Shown in pieces: positions 39,159 to 52,472 of a stretch of 64,000 nucleotides of DNA. A program made the translations under genes and the position numbers. Within the stretch, counting starts at the first letter, position 1, and each line of letters begins with the position of its first letter. The stretch covers positions 613,741 through 677,740 of the forward strand of contig NW_027192199.1 in assembly GCF_041956535.1 (NCBI RefSeq). Direction: 5' to 3'. The notes under the pieces were generated by a model. The model worked only from the letters and a program-made list of their open reading frames with translations, had not been told where the DNA came from and did not search any database. The stretch comes from Calcarisporiella thermophila CBS 279.70 (taxonomy: Eukaryota; Fungi; Calcarisporiellomycota).

Positions 39159-39850
39159 AAGAGCGTTTTGGTATCGTTTAGATAAAGGCGGGGGGGAAAT
39201 TAGGCGGCGTGGAATAGTTAACAGGCGTGCGGCGTAGAATCGGCGTCTCCAAGTCTGAGGGGAAGGATGCAAAGAGAAATGAGAAGGAAGAGGGGGGAGA
39301 GAGGAGGAAAGAGGTTTCTAAGAAGGTAGCAGAGGCCAGCGGCTTAAAGCTGAGGAGAAGCGATATGCGGTGTGGGAAGGCGAACGAAGAAGAAGAAGAA
39401 GAAGGCGGGGAGGAGGGAGGGTTGAAATACGACTGGGAAATGGGAATTTCAACTCCTGGTGATTGATTAGCTGAATACGCGGGTGAGTAGAGGGCTTGAG
39501 CGGTAGGGGTCATATGGAAATGGGATTTGTTGACTCAAGGTTAGAGTGAATTCGGTTTCACAGTCATAGTTGCGGGATTTTTTTTCTTGCTGCTAATAAA
39601 GCACTTGGTGCCAAATTGGATAACGGGGCAATTTGAACCGCGAGGATCTATACTACATTTGCTACACTGGGATGCCGTGGTACGCGGCCATTTCGATCTC
39701 ATCTTGAAAAACATCACTTTTCATGTTTGGATCTTCGGTTAGGGACTTGGAAAAAGGACGCCTCCGTCCTACTTATTAATTAACCTAAGCTAGCTAAAGA
39801 GAGAAAAAGGAAAAGAAAAAGATAGGGTAATCATAATGATCGATGGGACA

Positions 39851-39893
39851 CAACAACAATAACAACAACCACAACAATAACAACAACAACTAC
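39851..39893 (+). repeat. Imperfect (CAA)n/(CAACAATAA)n microsatellite
   Basis: caacaacaataacaacaaccacaacaataacaacaacaac directly visible. Confidence 0.75.
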
Positions 39894-40398
39894 TAGTGAT
39901 GGGTGGCTTGTTGAAAGAGGCTTTCCCTAGGGAAATAGGGAGGGGAGGAGACTCTGCAAGAAGCATGCCTAGGTGATGGTAAGTGATAGAAAAACGATTA
40001 TAAGGATACATAGCGGCCAATGGAAGAGAAAAAAAAAAATAGGGAGAATAGAGGAGAGTAAAATCATGGGTGAGAAAGAGTGAGAACAGTGAAGGAGATA
40101 GATATTTCGTGATAAAAAAAAAAAGATTGATATTACAAACAGATTAAAAAATATATCGAAAGAGTGATATTAAAATAGTGTGAATATGAAGAGTGAATAT
40201 GTGCGAGAGTGTGTGTGTGAGAGTGCTTGTCAATGAGGGTGCGGGTGGGTGCAGGGATGAAGGTGCGGTTCAATGGTAGGGGGTGGAAAGAGTGAGATTT
40301 GACTTTCAGTAGTGGCCGCTTTCGAGCGGACTCTGGTTTTTACATCGAGGCCACTGAAAGGTGCAAGTGAGACATGGAGGAGGCGGCCGACGGGGATG

Positions 40399-42350
40399 CT
40401 ATGATCGCATGCTGGAGGAGTCGCCCATCGGAAGCTCCTGCAGAAGCTGCGACTGCTGCGCCATGGGATAGCTTTCGGGCGGTTGGCTGTATCCGACGGC
40501 ATCACCGTCGGCGGACTTCGGCTGTGAGAGCAGACTGCTCTTAGGCATCAGCGAGGAATCGTGGATCGCCGCCAGCGCTGACGCTTCCATCTGGAGAGCA
40601 GCGAGCCTCGTGGCCGGGGCAGAGGCGGATCGCCGCGATCGGAAAAACCCGTCCTCGGTGATGGAAACGGGCCAGCCGGCCCCGTTCCCATACTCGGGGA
40701 GAAACGGTGGCCGCAGAGGGAGGGCATTGGCGGGGTGCTGCTGGGCTAGGCAGTGGAACTGCGGCGTCGGGGGCTGCGAAGCATAGGCAGGGGTGAGGGG
40801 CGGGTGGGGTGAGGGGCTGAGCGGTCGCGCCTCGGGCCGGAACATGGCGCCGTAGCGCGTCACCCTTCCGATATGCTCATCGGCTAGAGCGATTTCACGC
40901 ACCTGCTGGTAGAGCAGTATGAAGGGGCCGCGAAGAATGTGAATCAGACAGTGGGATGCCTGCTTGGCCTCCGTGAAATCGCTGCATCGCACCCATGCTT
41001 TTTCCGGCTTGGCAACCTGCTGCTCCTCTGCCTTCTCCTGCGCTCCGGCCCCATCCGCAGTGGCGGCGTCCGCATCCGCATTGCTATCCCTCAGCTCGGC
41101 CTCGCACCTCTCCAAGTAGAACGTAGGCGCCGACTCCAAACGCAGGACCATCTGCGCGAGCGGCCCTTGGCACATGAGATCCAAAGACGTCACCGAGGCA
41201 AACGAAAACTCCATCTTGAAGCGGTTGGCCTTGTCCTGGACCAGCCATGTCATCCATTTGCGAGTCTTGTCAACAATACACAACAAGTCGTCCGAACTGA
41301 GGCGAACGCGCCTCCACTTGCCAATGATGATTTCGTCGCACGCAAGGAGATCGCCATGATCCGAGGCCGTTGGCGGGAAGGTGTTGCCTGAAGCGTCTAA
41401 GAATCCCCGAGAGGTTAGCACCTCAACCTTGGAGAAGACAAAGGAACAGCAACGAAAGGGGGAGATTCCCCTCCCCTCTCCAACTTACCTCTAGGGAACA
41501 TGGGCGACAGGCTTGCCTTCATGGGCGCCTCCAGCGCGATGGGCGTGAATCCTCCCCATCCTGATTTGTCCGCCTCATTCGCGGGATACAGGGCGCTCGG
41601 AGCATAGCCCGGCAGGCCATACGGCGAATACCTCGAGTCTTTGTCGGCGCTGGTCATGGCTCGCTTGACCATCTGCTTAATCTTGGCCCGTCTGTTCTGA
41701 AACCAGATCTGAATGGACCGTTGGGGAAGGGAGAGGCGCCGCGCGAGCTCATCGCGAAGTCGATTGTTGGGCATGGGATTCCCGGCAAACACATGCTCGA
41801 GAATGGCAAGCTGCTCGGGGGTAGTTCGGGTGCGCTTCTTGGGGTTGGGGGCGGAGAGAGAGGGGTTGTCCTCGCCACCGGTCTCCAGAGAGGGCTGCAA
41901 GGGGGAGGCGGGCGGAGAATTGGAGCAGGGGTGGTGGGGGAGGGGTTTAGCCGAGGAGGAAAGGTCCGCAACGGTACCATTGGGGGCAAAAGGGCTCGTT
42001 AAGTCGTCGAGGGGGAATGAGTAATAGGGGGCCTGGCCGTAGTCAGGGATGGGGGTAGGGTAGGCAGAATCGGTAGCGGATGAGGTTGGGGATGTTTCGT
42101 CAAGCAAGACTTGCGAAGAGCTCGGAGGCTCCTGGCCATTGGTAACGAGTGGCTGTCCTTCGTTGGAAGCTCCCCATTGAGTGGTAAGCAGCTGTGTGGC
42201 CGTGAAATCATCCGAGGCGAAGTTCGGGGGTGGAGCCGTGTAAGGATCGTGAGCGATCTGGGAGTCGGGAAAGAAATTCATGTTCGGCATTCCCTCCTGG
42301 AAGACCGTGGCATGGGGAGACTGCAAGGGCATTGCGAGTAGGTAGGACAT
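40399..42350 (-). CDS. Pho2/Hoy1-type homeodomain transcription factor with downstream PH-like domain; intron 41397-41488
   Basis: KKRTRTTPEQLAILEHVF...QRSIQIWFQNRRAKIK; second exon CDEIIIGKWRRV..DLLC..FKMEFSF..WVRCSDFTEAKQAS. Confidence 0.9.
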
Positions 42351-44237
42351 AGAAGAGAGGGAGAAAGGGCGAGCACAACGCAATGAGAGGCAACCGAATG
42401 AAGGGACACGCAAAACTGTAAGGAGCGCGATAGAAGGAGGGTGGAGCAGACCTTCGAGATGGCGGGGGAGGGGGGGGGAGCTAAGCTATATGCTGCAACA
42501 AAGGGGCATTCAAAGGGGGAGGAAGGGATGAGAGAATGGGATGGAGGTATCGACAGCGGCGAGAGGAGCGAAGGGCGAGAAACGGGGATGCAAGAGGCGC
42601 GGAGGAGGGGAAACAGACCGACAAAAAGCTTCACACGCAAAGTGGAAAAAAACGGGGAAATAAATATGGGGAATAGGGGAATGCGAGAAAGGATGGGTTT
42701 TTGGCGGAACCGAGTACATTCAGGTTTTTGTTTTCTCGATAAAGGCTCAGGAAGAAACGGCGGCAAATCAATTAGCTCGGCGACCGCGAGGCTGCCCTCC
42801 TCCGCGGCCCATATTCGGACGCCTGGCCCAAGTCATTAGGCTTTAATTAGAACGGCTTTTCCCCCTTTTGGCCCTGTGAAACAGCTCACCCGGAAATGGC
42901 TCAAGTGAGAAGGATTTTCGCAGCATGTAATGCAAGGAAGTGGGATTGGAACGCTCGCTATGCATCTGAGCGCTTTGGCCGCCGCGCTCCCGAGAGGGAT
43001 CTCGGATGAATTGCTGAGCCGAACTCCTTGGCTTGAGTCGGCCGCCCGCCCGCCCGCCCGCCCGCCCTCCCCCGCGCCTCCCGCCCACCGCTGTCAACTT
43101 AGGCCTCCTGCACCGCTGCGTGGCTGGTGTGCAGGGGCCCCCCCTCCCGCTTAGGGGGGACGCGACAAACAAGCCGAACGAAAAACAAGCTCCGAAGAAC
43201 TCAAAACCCCCCACTCCGCATCTGCAGCCGAGAGTCCCTTGCCGCTTTTCCCTGGCTATTTGGGCCCCAATCGCACTAGTCTTAGATCCCAGAACACACA
43301 CCCCATCGAAAGAAGGATGGGGGGATTCGGATTTCCCCGTCGGGAGATGGGCCAGATCCATCCGGGGAAAAAATACACCGCTTTGTTTTGGCCCGTTTGT
43401 ACCTTGCTTCTCCTGGGTTATTTTAGTCAAATGAAGCCTCGTTAGCTGGGAGATGGCGAGACTGCGGGAGAAGGGCCGATGGGGGAGTGGGAGGGGGAGG
43501 GGGGGGGGCAGTTAAGGATTTTTGACAGGGAAAACAAGCGAGATCTCCGGCTTTCCCTTTTGTGACTGTCAAACAAACAATGACACAGAGATCGACCCAT
43601 TCCTGCCGTGAATTTTTCTTTAGTCATACTGGAGGGGTTCTCTGTATTCAAGGCTTGCTGTCGCACATTGCGCTGTGCAACCCGGTCCAAATGCAAGCAA
43701 TCAGGAGAACTCGTCGACACCTACGACCCTATCCCACGGGGCCATCCCAAGCCTTCTAAAAAGAAAGACACCGGCCATGGGGGAGGGATGTTTCAAGCCA
43801 GAGGTACAAGCGAAAGAGGGGTGTGAGCGTGTGTAAGGGTGAAGGCACGGATCCATCCAAGCAGAGTTTAATGAGTAGAGCAAGAACAAGGCAGAAAGTG
43901 CAAAGAACAACCAGCGTACCAATGCTCTATCATGGTAGAGGTAAGAGTAGACATAAGAATAGAATAAGAATAAAAGCAAGAATAAGAATGAGGATGGGAG
44001 CTCGGCTAAGACAAATTGGAAGTCCCCTCCGCCCCCCCGCAAGAGGGAGGAGAGCAAAAGGATGCGTCGTACTAATACAAGAGTTCAGAGCATTAAACAA
44101 ATAAAAGAATAACTTGAGATATAATTGAGAAATGCGTCTAATTATATACGTGATAAATATATGTGTAAATGTGTATATATATATATATATTTATATATAG
44201 GGTTGGATTGTATTGCATCGTAAAAAGACTAGACTTG

Positions 44238-47100
44238 TCACCTACTATATCGAATCGAACCCTTCCTGTCCCCATAAACTTGCCCATCCATCCTGGACAG
44301 AGAACTCAAAAAATCACCCATCAACTCCTCCCCTTCCTCCGCCTCCCTCCGCCTTCGATCCTCCCCCTCTATCCTCTGCAGTCCCCCAGATCGCTCGCAA
44401 TGGTCGCCCAGAAGGGGCGACGGCCTCCGCAGGTGGATGACCTCCGGCGCCGAGTGGAGTGTCGGAGAGCGCAGGGCGCTCGATATCGAGGGGATAGGCA
44501 CGCTCTTGCCCGAGTGGCTTCTCTCCTTGACACTCTCGGAATCCGAATCCGAGGAGGCGGGCGAGAGAGGGTGGCCGGGTGGCACCAAATTCACCTGTGG
44601 GACCTTGGTGGGCGTCGAAGTGGACGGATCTGGGGTGGCACTCGCATCCGCCCCTCTCGACACCACTGACAAACCGCCCTCATGCGAACCCATCTTCTTC
44701 GCGCCAGGAGTCAAGTCGTTGGGCATAAACTCCATGCTTCTGCTTTTACGGTGGCCCAGCGGCTGACGAGAGGAGCTGGCCAAGAAAGAGGAAGACGGCG
44801 ACGGCGACGGGGAGGGCGAGGGTGAGGGTGACCGAGAGTGGTGGGGGGAGAGGTCCGGCAATCCGCGGAGCGAGGTGGTGGTCAAAGAGGCGGTGCGCAT
44901 TCTAGGGTGAGAGGGGGGAGGGGAGGCAAGCGGGGACACAATGGGTGTGGCGGGGTAGGAGGGAGCGCTATGGATAGGCCGTAGTTGGAGGGGGGAGGGC
45001 TTGGAGGCGGTTCTGAAGGGTGTGGAGTGAATGGAATGCAGGGAGGAGAGGGACGACACGGAGGACCCATCGTGCAGCCCCAAAGGATCCGACTTCAGGT
45101 ATTCGACGGAGGCCCGCATGGTCACCAGCGTAAACCCTAGCTCATCGTGGTCCGTTCTCGGAGCAAGCCGATATCGCTCCATGTAGTAGAGCTGGCTCGC
45201 CACATGCCGGATGGAGGCTCGAACCAGGATGAAGGCGAGAAGGGGGATGAGGTCATCGGAGGTGACCAGCGCGCCGTCGGGATCTCCTGGCCGTATTTCG
45301 GACATATACCGCTTGACCGCATGGGATATGTCATCGAGGCATTGCTTCGCGCAGAGTAGTCTCTCCAGCGGGGTAAGTGCAGGGTTTTTGGGCGTCGGTG
45401 TTTGAAGGGGATGGGATTCGCAAGGAGACAACCAGGAGTCTTCGGGCGACTCCTCGGATTTCGGATCATTAAGGCGGCATAGCTGATGGCAAGCATCGGA
45501 AAGGTATCCAAGCGGCATGCCGAGAAGTTCCTCAGACACGTTAAAGCCATCCAGCGTGGTGGCTTTGCGCGCATACACCCGAAGAATAGAGTCGATGTAG
45601 GTATCGTATTTACCAAAGAAGGTGAGCAGGGATTGGACGAATATCTTTTGGTGTACTTGACCCATGACGACGCTAGGAAGAAAGAACAGGACGGGGAAAG
45701 GAGGGTAAGGGGGGTCCAATCCCAGACAAGAACTAAGTGTGCCTACTTCTCTATCAATTCACGAAGGTGTTCATATCCAGTGGACACTCGACACGCTCTT
45801 TTTAACCGCGGGCTATCCCGCAATACCTCCTATACAGTTGGAGAGGAAGGATGAGTTGACCCGACGCATGTCGGAATGCAAAATGGAGACCCCCCACCTC
45901 AAGCAACCTTTCATATATCTGTACAATACGGTCAACGGCATAGGAAGTATAGCCCCGCACATAGATATAATTCTCATTGAAGGCAGTGACCGCGGTTAGA
46001 AAGTTCCTTATCGCCTCCGCATTCTCGGGAAAGCTCTTCAAAAATTCGAAATCGCTATCCATTGAGAAAAAAATAAATTGCTCAGCTAACCATGAAAAAC
46101 GACTTCAAAGAAGTTTATAACTTCAAAAAAAAAAGAACATGTACGCCATGTGGTCGCGAATCGGGGGTATAGTTATAATTTCATGCTCGACAGGCTAAAA
46201 TAGAGAGATCAGTCTCCATAACGATGCTCAACCAGCAATCCTCGAGAGAGATGGGGCTACCTTTGGAGAGCCCTCAAGGGGTCGCTCCACCGTTAATATT
46301 CGCACCGAACGGTAGTCCCTGTCATAGGCGAGCTCCTCAGCCACAATTCGAACCTTTCTACTGCGCTTAAACCCTAGGATGACAGTGTGTTTAGTAGGTG
46401 GGAGGGGACACCTCCAAGGGAAGCAAAAGGCCCGTACCATCTAATCCTTGCACATAATTCTCTTCTGTCAGGATAGTCTTTCCGTTCATCGATATAAACT
46501 GGCCCTTGAAATAGGGTGATGGAACCAGCGAGTGTGTTTCTAGATCCAATGGAAGCAGTCATGCATATGCACATGCAAATCCGCATATCGCCTCCAGGAT
46601 GTGGAGAAAAAAAAAACACTTACGTAAAAGGTCTTTGGTAATGTTCAATCCCACCAGGCTGCTGGAGTGTGGAACAAGCAAAACGGCGACCCTCTGCAAG
46701 AGCGACGTATTTCTCAGTGCAATCTAAATCCAGTGGTCAAATCAGATGGAAGAGAGCCTTAGAGATACCTCACTGTAACACGGATAAGCACACTTACATA
46801 AAACGGGTTATACTCCAACTCCTCTGGCTCTGGTGGCAGCGTGTTGGGCGGAGGGGAATCGGCGCGTACTCCTTCCGATTCGCGACCATGCAGCCTCGCC
46901 GGCAAAGAAACCGGCCCCCGAATTTCCTCGGATTTGGCTGTAGGTTTAAGTGAGAAAAGCGACATGATGGAGCTCAGCGATGAGCTTCGCATGCGTTGAG
47001 AGGTCGGTGACTCGGTTTGTAAGGCATCGTGTTTAGGCTGGGTATTTGGAGGTTCGTTTGAAGCTGCAGATTTGAAGAGTTTGCTAACGGAAAATGACAT
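44238..47100 (-). CDS. VPS9-domain Rab GEF (VARP/ANKRD27 N-terminus-like, no ankyrin repeats); multi-exon
   Basis: LEYNPFY; FNENYIYVRG; TPLERLLCAKQCL..VTSDDLIPLLAFILVR..QLYYMERY..ELGFTLVTMRASVEYL, followed by a Ser/Pro-rich tail. Confidence 0.85.
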
Positions 47101-47799
47101 TCCCTCCCCTGGATTTCGCGATGGTGAGGATGAATTATAAATTATAAAATTCGATAAATAGGAAGATAAATAAAAATAGCCAAGAAGAGCGTGAGATCGA
47201 AAATCCAGAGGGGATTGACAATGGTCTCAACTGCGCCCAGAGACAGAGCACGTACCCGCAGGAGTCTTAAATAAAATAAAACTGACCAATGTTATAGCTA
47301 ATTTATTATTTGATCATCACTTGGCTCACTAAAAATAAAAAGTGTGCGTGAAAGAGAGAGGGGAGTAATGCAAATGTGAAAATGGAGGAAAGAAGAAGGA
47401 GGTAATGGGACCAAAAGGAAAAGAAAATAACGTGCAGCTGCTTTCTTAAACTGATCCTGCTGATGCGGGAAATCAGCAGATAATAAGGTTAGTAAGGGGT
47501 ACAAATCCGATTTTCCCATATCAGGGAATTAGAATCGACAATTTTGGAAATATTTAATACCCTTCTTACCAAATGGCTGGGTGATCCCAGCGCGGTGTGC
47601 GCATCTGAGCAGCGGAGAATGGCGCCAATCCTACGGGCCTACATCCGGTGGTGCTAATTCAAAATGGAAGAAAAGGGGATCCTTGGCACAAAGTTTGCGT
47701 TGTCTTCCCTGGGGGAATCCGGCTTGCCTATGGAAACCGAGTGAAATGGGCTAGAACCCATTTCAAAACATCATTCCACATCACTCTGCCTTCTATTTC

Positions 47800-48150
47800 T
47801 CCCGATTCATCATGCAATGCTCGATGCTGCTGTATGCGGTTAACCGGCTTCTTGCATCCATCGTCGCCCATTTATCCATTTGCTCTTATCGATCTCTATC
47901 TATCCAGTTGCGAATGCAGCCGCCAGCCCTCTGGATAATCTACTTTGCCTCTCAGGGCGATTTCTTGTTTCCCATATTGTACCAAAAGCTGTCATAAAAG
48001 TATTGACAGTGTGTTCCGCCCCTTGCTCGGATCATTTGAAACGCCAGGGCTTGGATTGAATTCCAGAGTATGGATAACGTAAGAATACGAGTTTCATCAT
48101 GACTGTTATTCTCGTTGGAATAGTGTCTTACCAAAAGGTCTTGTTTTGAC
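47800..48150 (-). mobile_element. Possible decayed LINE ORF2 3' fragment
   Basis: Minus strand TTTTGGTACAATATGGGAAACAAGAAAT reads FW-x-IWETRN with a 1-nt slip, matching the W-x-I-W-x-x-R-N motif of L1/Tx1 elements. Confidence 0.25.
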
Positions 48151-48969
48151 CGTCGATTTTATACCTCATGTGTGGGTGTCCGCCCGACATAGTTAATTAA
48201 TATGAATTTGTAAATTCAAAGTGGATACATGATGTTGTGTGCCATACACCACTTTTTGTCAGGAGAGCGTTGTTTAATAGGATCATGATGACTTGTTAGA
48301 TGGGTGTGCTCTCCGTGTAAATTAGTTCGGGCACTCGAACCTTGGAGCACCGTTTCAAGGTATACAGGATTTAAAGCCTTCAATAAACAATTCGAGAGGA
48401 ATCTCTATTCTCCTAGCTCCAGACTCATAATAGGAGCGCACATTTAAGACAAGGGATAAATAAAGCAGCGCTTGCATATGTGTAAATATTGCCCACTAGA
48501 TTGTTCAACCACACACTCTCTTTTGTCTAAAACCTTTGTGCACGGATTTCTATTTCTCCAGCCATAATCATTTAGTTACGATCGAGGGTTTTTTGAGGAC
48601 AATCCAGGACATCTTCCTAAAATTATTGACCGGTTTTGATTTGGCAGGATTATACGTTTAATTGTAAAATCTTGCTTGCTGATAGCTTTCCATAATAAGT
48701 GTATGGAAAAGAACAATAGTTTGTTCTCTCTTCAGAATAATCGAAATTATTCTTGACAACACAGGAAAGCCTGGTTTCCTAATATCTCCTCGGGCGAGGC
48801 AGTATATATCGTTGAAACCCTCTAATACCAGAAGCGAACGACTAATTTCTGGGTATTTTAACTTTAAAAATCTAAGCCATAAGAGGGCTGGTCGCACAGA
48901 TGTAAAAAAATTCGAAAACGTTCGGAGTCGCTTCACCATATTCACACTTCATGTTCATCAGAATTAAAG

Positions 48970-51828
48970 ATGGACAGGCTCAAGCGAAGGCATGTTCCAT
49001 CCTACACCGCGATTGAGGAAGGTGGTGATGAGTTTGTCAATGTAGAGGGATTTGATGGGCTGATTGGCGAGAAGTATTCTAAACCCCGGCGGCCTAGTGG
49101 CAATAAAGTAGATCTTCTAATTTCCCAGTGGGATTGGTTTTGGGCTAACTCGAGGATTTCATCGATCTGGCAATCTAGTATTTAGACTACTTACAGGAGA
49201 ATAGAGAATGGGTGATACCCGCCTTTCTCACTCTACTCTCGTTTTGGACTCGATGGAGGCTGATCGGAAAATCGAATATTGTAGTTTGGGATGAGGTGAG
49301 ACTCCCCTCTGTTCATCTGTCTCTTTCCATTCTTTTCAACTTATTGATGCCTCCCTTTCTTTTTTATTATCTACATTATTTCAGGCTCATTTCGGAAAGG
49401 TAGTATATTCACATGTTCAATGCAGCATTTCTCTGCACTCTCTTTCTCATCTTTTACATCGGGATATTTTAGTTCGGATCTCATTACTTGAAGCGCGAAT
49501 TCTACTTTGATGTGCACCCACCTCTTGCGAAAATGCTTGTTGCGCTCTCTGGTCTTCTCTCTGGCTACGATGGCTCATTCGGGTTCGAATCCGGAGCCAC
49601 CTATCCCAGTAATGTGAATTACACCTTTATGCGCATGTTCGGAGCAACCTTCGGAGCCCTTCTTGTTCCCTTGGCTTTCTACACAGCCAAAGCATTGAGG
49701 TATTCGGAAAGAGCGTCGATCCTGGCTGCAACCATGGTGCTACTAGGTAAGTCAATGCTATAATTGTAAGCTCTCTCCGAATTTAAGGTTTTCTGATTTG
49801 GGCCGGGTTGTCTTCAACCTAGAACTATCCTTGCTTACCATTAGTCGCTTCATCCTCTTGGACTCGATGCTGCTATTTTTCACTGCGGCAAGCTTGTTCT
49901 GTCTGGCTCGCTTCCACAATTACCAGAGCGAATCCTTCTCCCCGGATTGGTGGCTCTGGCTTTATCTCACCGGTGTCTCTATTGGATGCGTGGCAAGGTA
50001 TGCCCTGTGCCTCAGTTATTTGGCTGGATAGGTTCTCACTGAGGCTTTGTCTTGTATTCTCCTAAAAGTGTAAAATGGGTTGGATTGTTTGCAGTCGCGC
50101 TAGTTGGTCTTTACACGGTTTCGGACTTATGGGATAAGTTTGGTGATACGACCATGAAGCCCGTAAGTTGAATCTCTTTTCAGTAGTGCACAATTAACCG
50201 ACTGCTAATCCCTTATGTTTAGTCTATCTACATTAGACACTGGATAGCTCGCATCGTATGTTTGATCATCGTGCCTATTTGCATCTACATCGGTTGTTTT
50301 GCAATCCACTTTGCCATTTTGAACCGCAGTGGGCCAGGTGACGCACAAATGAGTTCACTCTTTCAGGCGGGGCTGGTTGGAAACGACTACGATCGGAATC
50401 CGCTTGGTACAAATGAGGATCTTTGGGCAAAAAGCACAGCCATATGTGTCTAATGAGGCTTCTTTTTCTTCCTCTTCCAGAGCTTGCATATGGTTCCAAA
50501 TTTACACTGAAGAATTCCGGTTATGGCGGGGGTCTTCTCCACTCCCATGTACAAACCTTCCCGAGTGGCTCGAAGCAGCAGCAGGTGACATGCTATCACT
50601 ACAAGGACAATAACAACGAGTGGATTCTGCGAAAACCGCGTAACGCCGCAAACGAGGTGGTGCCTGAGAGCGAGGAGGTGGAGTACGTGAGGAATGGTGA
50701 CATTGTCCGCCTCATGCATGGCCCTACCGGCCGGAATCTCCACAGTCACCCCATCAAGGCACCAGTGACGACGTCGCAGTGGGAGGTCAGCTGCTACGGC
50801 AACGAGACCATTGGAGATAGTAATGACCACTGGAAGGTGGAGATCGTCGACGACATGTACGATAAGAGCAAAACGCATGTCCGGTCGTTGACAACACGAA
50901 TTCGATTGCGCCACGTAAACCTCGGGTGTTTGCTCACGGCCAACAACGTGGTGCTTCCCCAGTGGGGCTTCAAACAGATCGAGGTGTACTGCGATAAGCG
51001 GAACCGTTTGGACGATCCCCATGCCATGTGGAACGTGGAGCAGCACTGGAATGATAAACGTAAGTCTCTAGCTGCCTACCTTTTGTCCTGCCTAGCCCGG
51101 TCCTTACTGACCCCCTTTCACACTTAGTGCCTCCTGCTCCCCCTAAATCCTACCGCTCCAACTTCTTCAAGGATCTCCTGCACCTTAACGTGGCCATGCT
51201 AACCTCCAACAACGCGCTCACCCCCGACCCCGACAAGGAAGATATCCTCACTTCGACCCCCGACCAATGGCCGTTTATGCAGGTTGGTTTGCGCATGTGC
51301 GGATGGGGTGACGAAACCGTGAAATATTATCTGTTGGGCAATCCTGTGGTGTGGTGGGGTTCAACCCTCTCTCTCTTTGTGTTTTTGGGACTGCTGCTAT
51401 ACTATGTCTTACGCCGCGAGAGGAAAATATACGACCTATCGCCTGGTAAACTCCACTCACATTGACATTTAGATCGAACATGCATTTAATGACCCCCCTC
51501 TCCATATCTAGAGCAATGGGGCCAATTCACACAGGTTGGTCAGACCATCCTTCTCGGGTGGCTGCTGCATTATTTCCCATTCTGGCTAATGGGCCGCGTC
51601 ACCTACGTGCACCACTACTTGCCCGCGCTCTACTTCTCCATCTTCTTGGCCCCCTACCTCCTGGACCAGTTCACGCCGCAGCGCTCTCGTCCACTGGTGT
51701 TCGGTGCCGTCTTTGCCCTTGTGATTCTCGTCTTCATCTATTTCTCAGACATTGCGTTCGGCATGGACTATCCAGCCTCGCGTATGACGAGTCGGAGGTG
51801 GTTAAAGAGCTGGAATCTGGTTGATTAG
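48970..51828 (+). CDS. PMT2: Dolichyl-phosphate-mannose:protein O-mannosyltransferase, PMT2 subfamily; multi-exon
   Basis: [32 protein letters not shown]; [14 protein letters not shown]; [14 protein letters not shown]; MIR domains [28 protein letters not shown]; [16 protein letters not shown]. Confidence 0.96.
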
Positions 51829-52472
51829 ATAGCCCCCTCCCCTCCCTCTGACAGAGTTTTCTTCTTGCTTCTTACTTTTTTTCTTTATTTACCTATTTTA
51901 TTTGTTTTCGTTTTGTGGTTCACCTGTTGGCTACAGGATGTTGTAGGTTTTATGGAACATGGGGAGTTATAGAATGGAATGGAATCGAGGATTTTGAGGA
52001 TCTTGAGAATTTTTTTCCCTATAAAAACACGCCCAAAAATACACGTAATTTATTCTTTTTTAATGTCGTTGTTCTTCACTTTCTTCGATATATCCTAAAA
52101 ATACTCCTTTTTTTATTATTTTTCTTGACGATATATATAAAAAAAATATAAAAAAATGAATACATCGATGATATCTCTAATACTCCTTTTTTTTTGGCGA
52201 AAAAAAAAGTCATTTGCTGCTAACAAGTATAAAAGAACAATTTATCAGAGGAGAAAGCACACACAGATGAATAGTACAACTCGACACACAGAAGTAGAGT
52301 TGGATATATAAGGAGAGACGTCAGGAGAGAATATAAAAAAAAAGTCTACACAGATCTAAGGGAGGGTTAGGAGAGAGGGTTGTTATTTTTTATCAAGAGG
52401 TATCCGAGGGGCAATATCGTGAATAAGTTAAAAAGCGAAGATAAGGGGGGGACACGCTAGCTTGTGTTCTCC

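Noticed and set aside
42400-44200. Several 90-195 aa ORFs and G/C tracts upstream of the homeobox gene
   Set aside because: Low-complexity promoter/UTR sequence ((GCCC)n, poly-G, (AAGAAT)n, (TA)n) with no coding signature.
48276-48352. TAGGATCATGATGA (box C/U3-like) plus a small stem-loop
   Set aside because: No downstream CTGA box D at a suitable distance.
49572-49601. GGGTTCGAATCC, resembling a tRNA T-arm
   Set aside because: Lies in frame inside a PMT2 exon (GFESGAT); no D-arm or anticodon arm.
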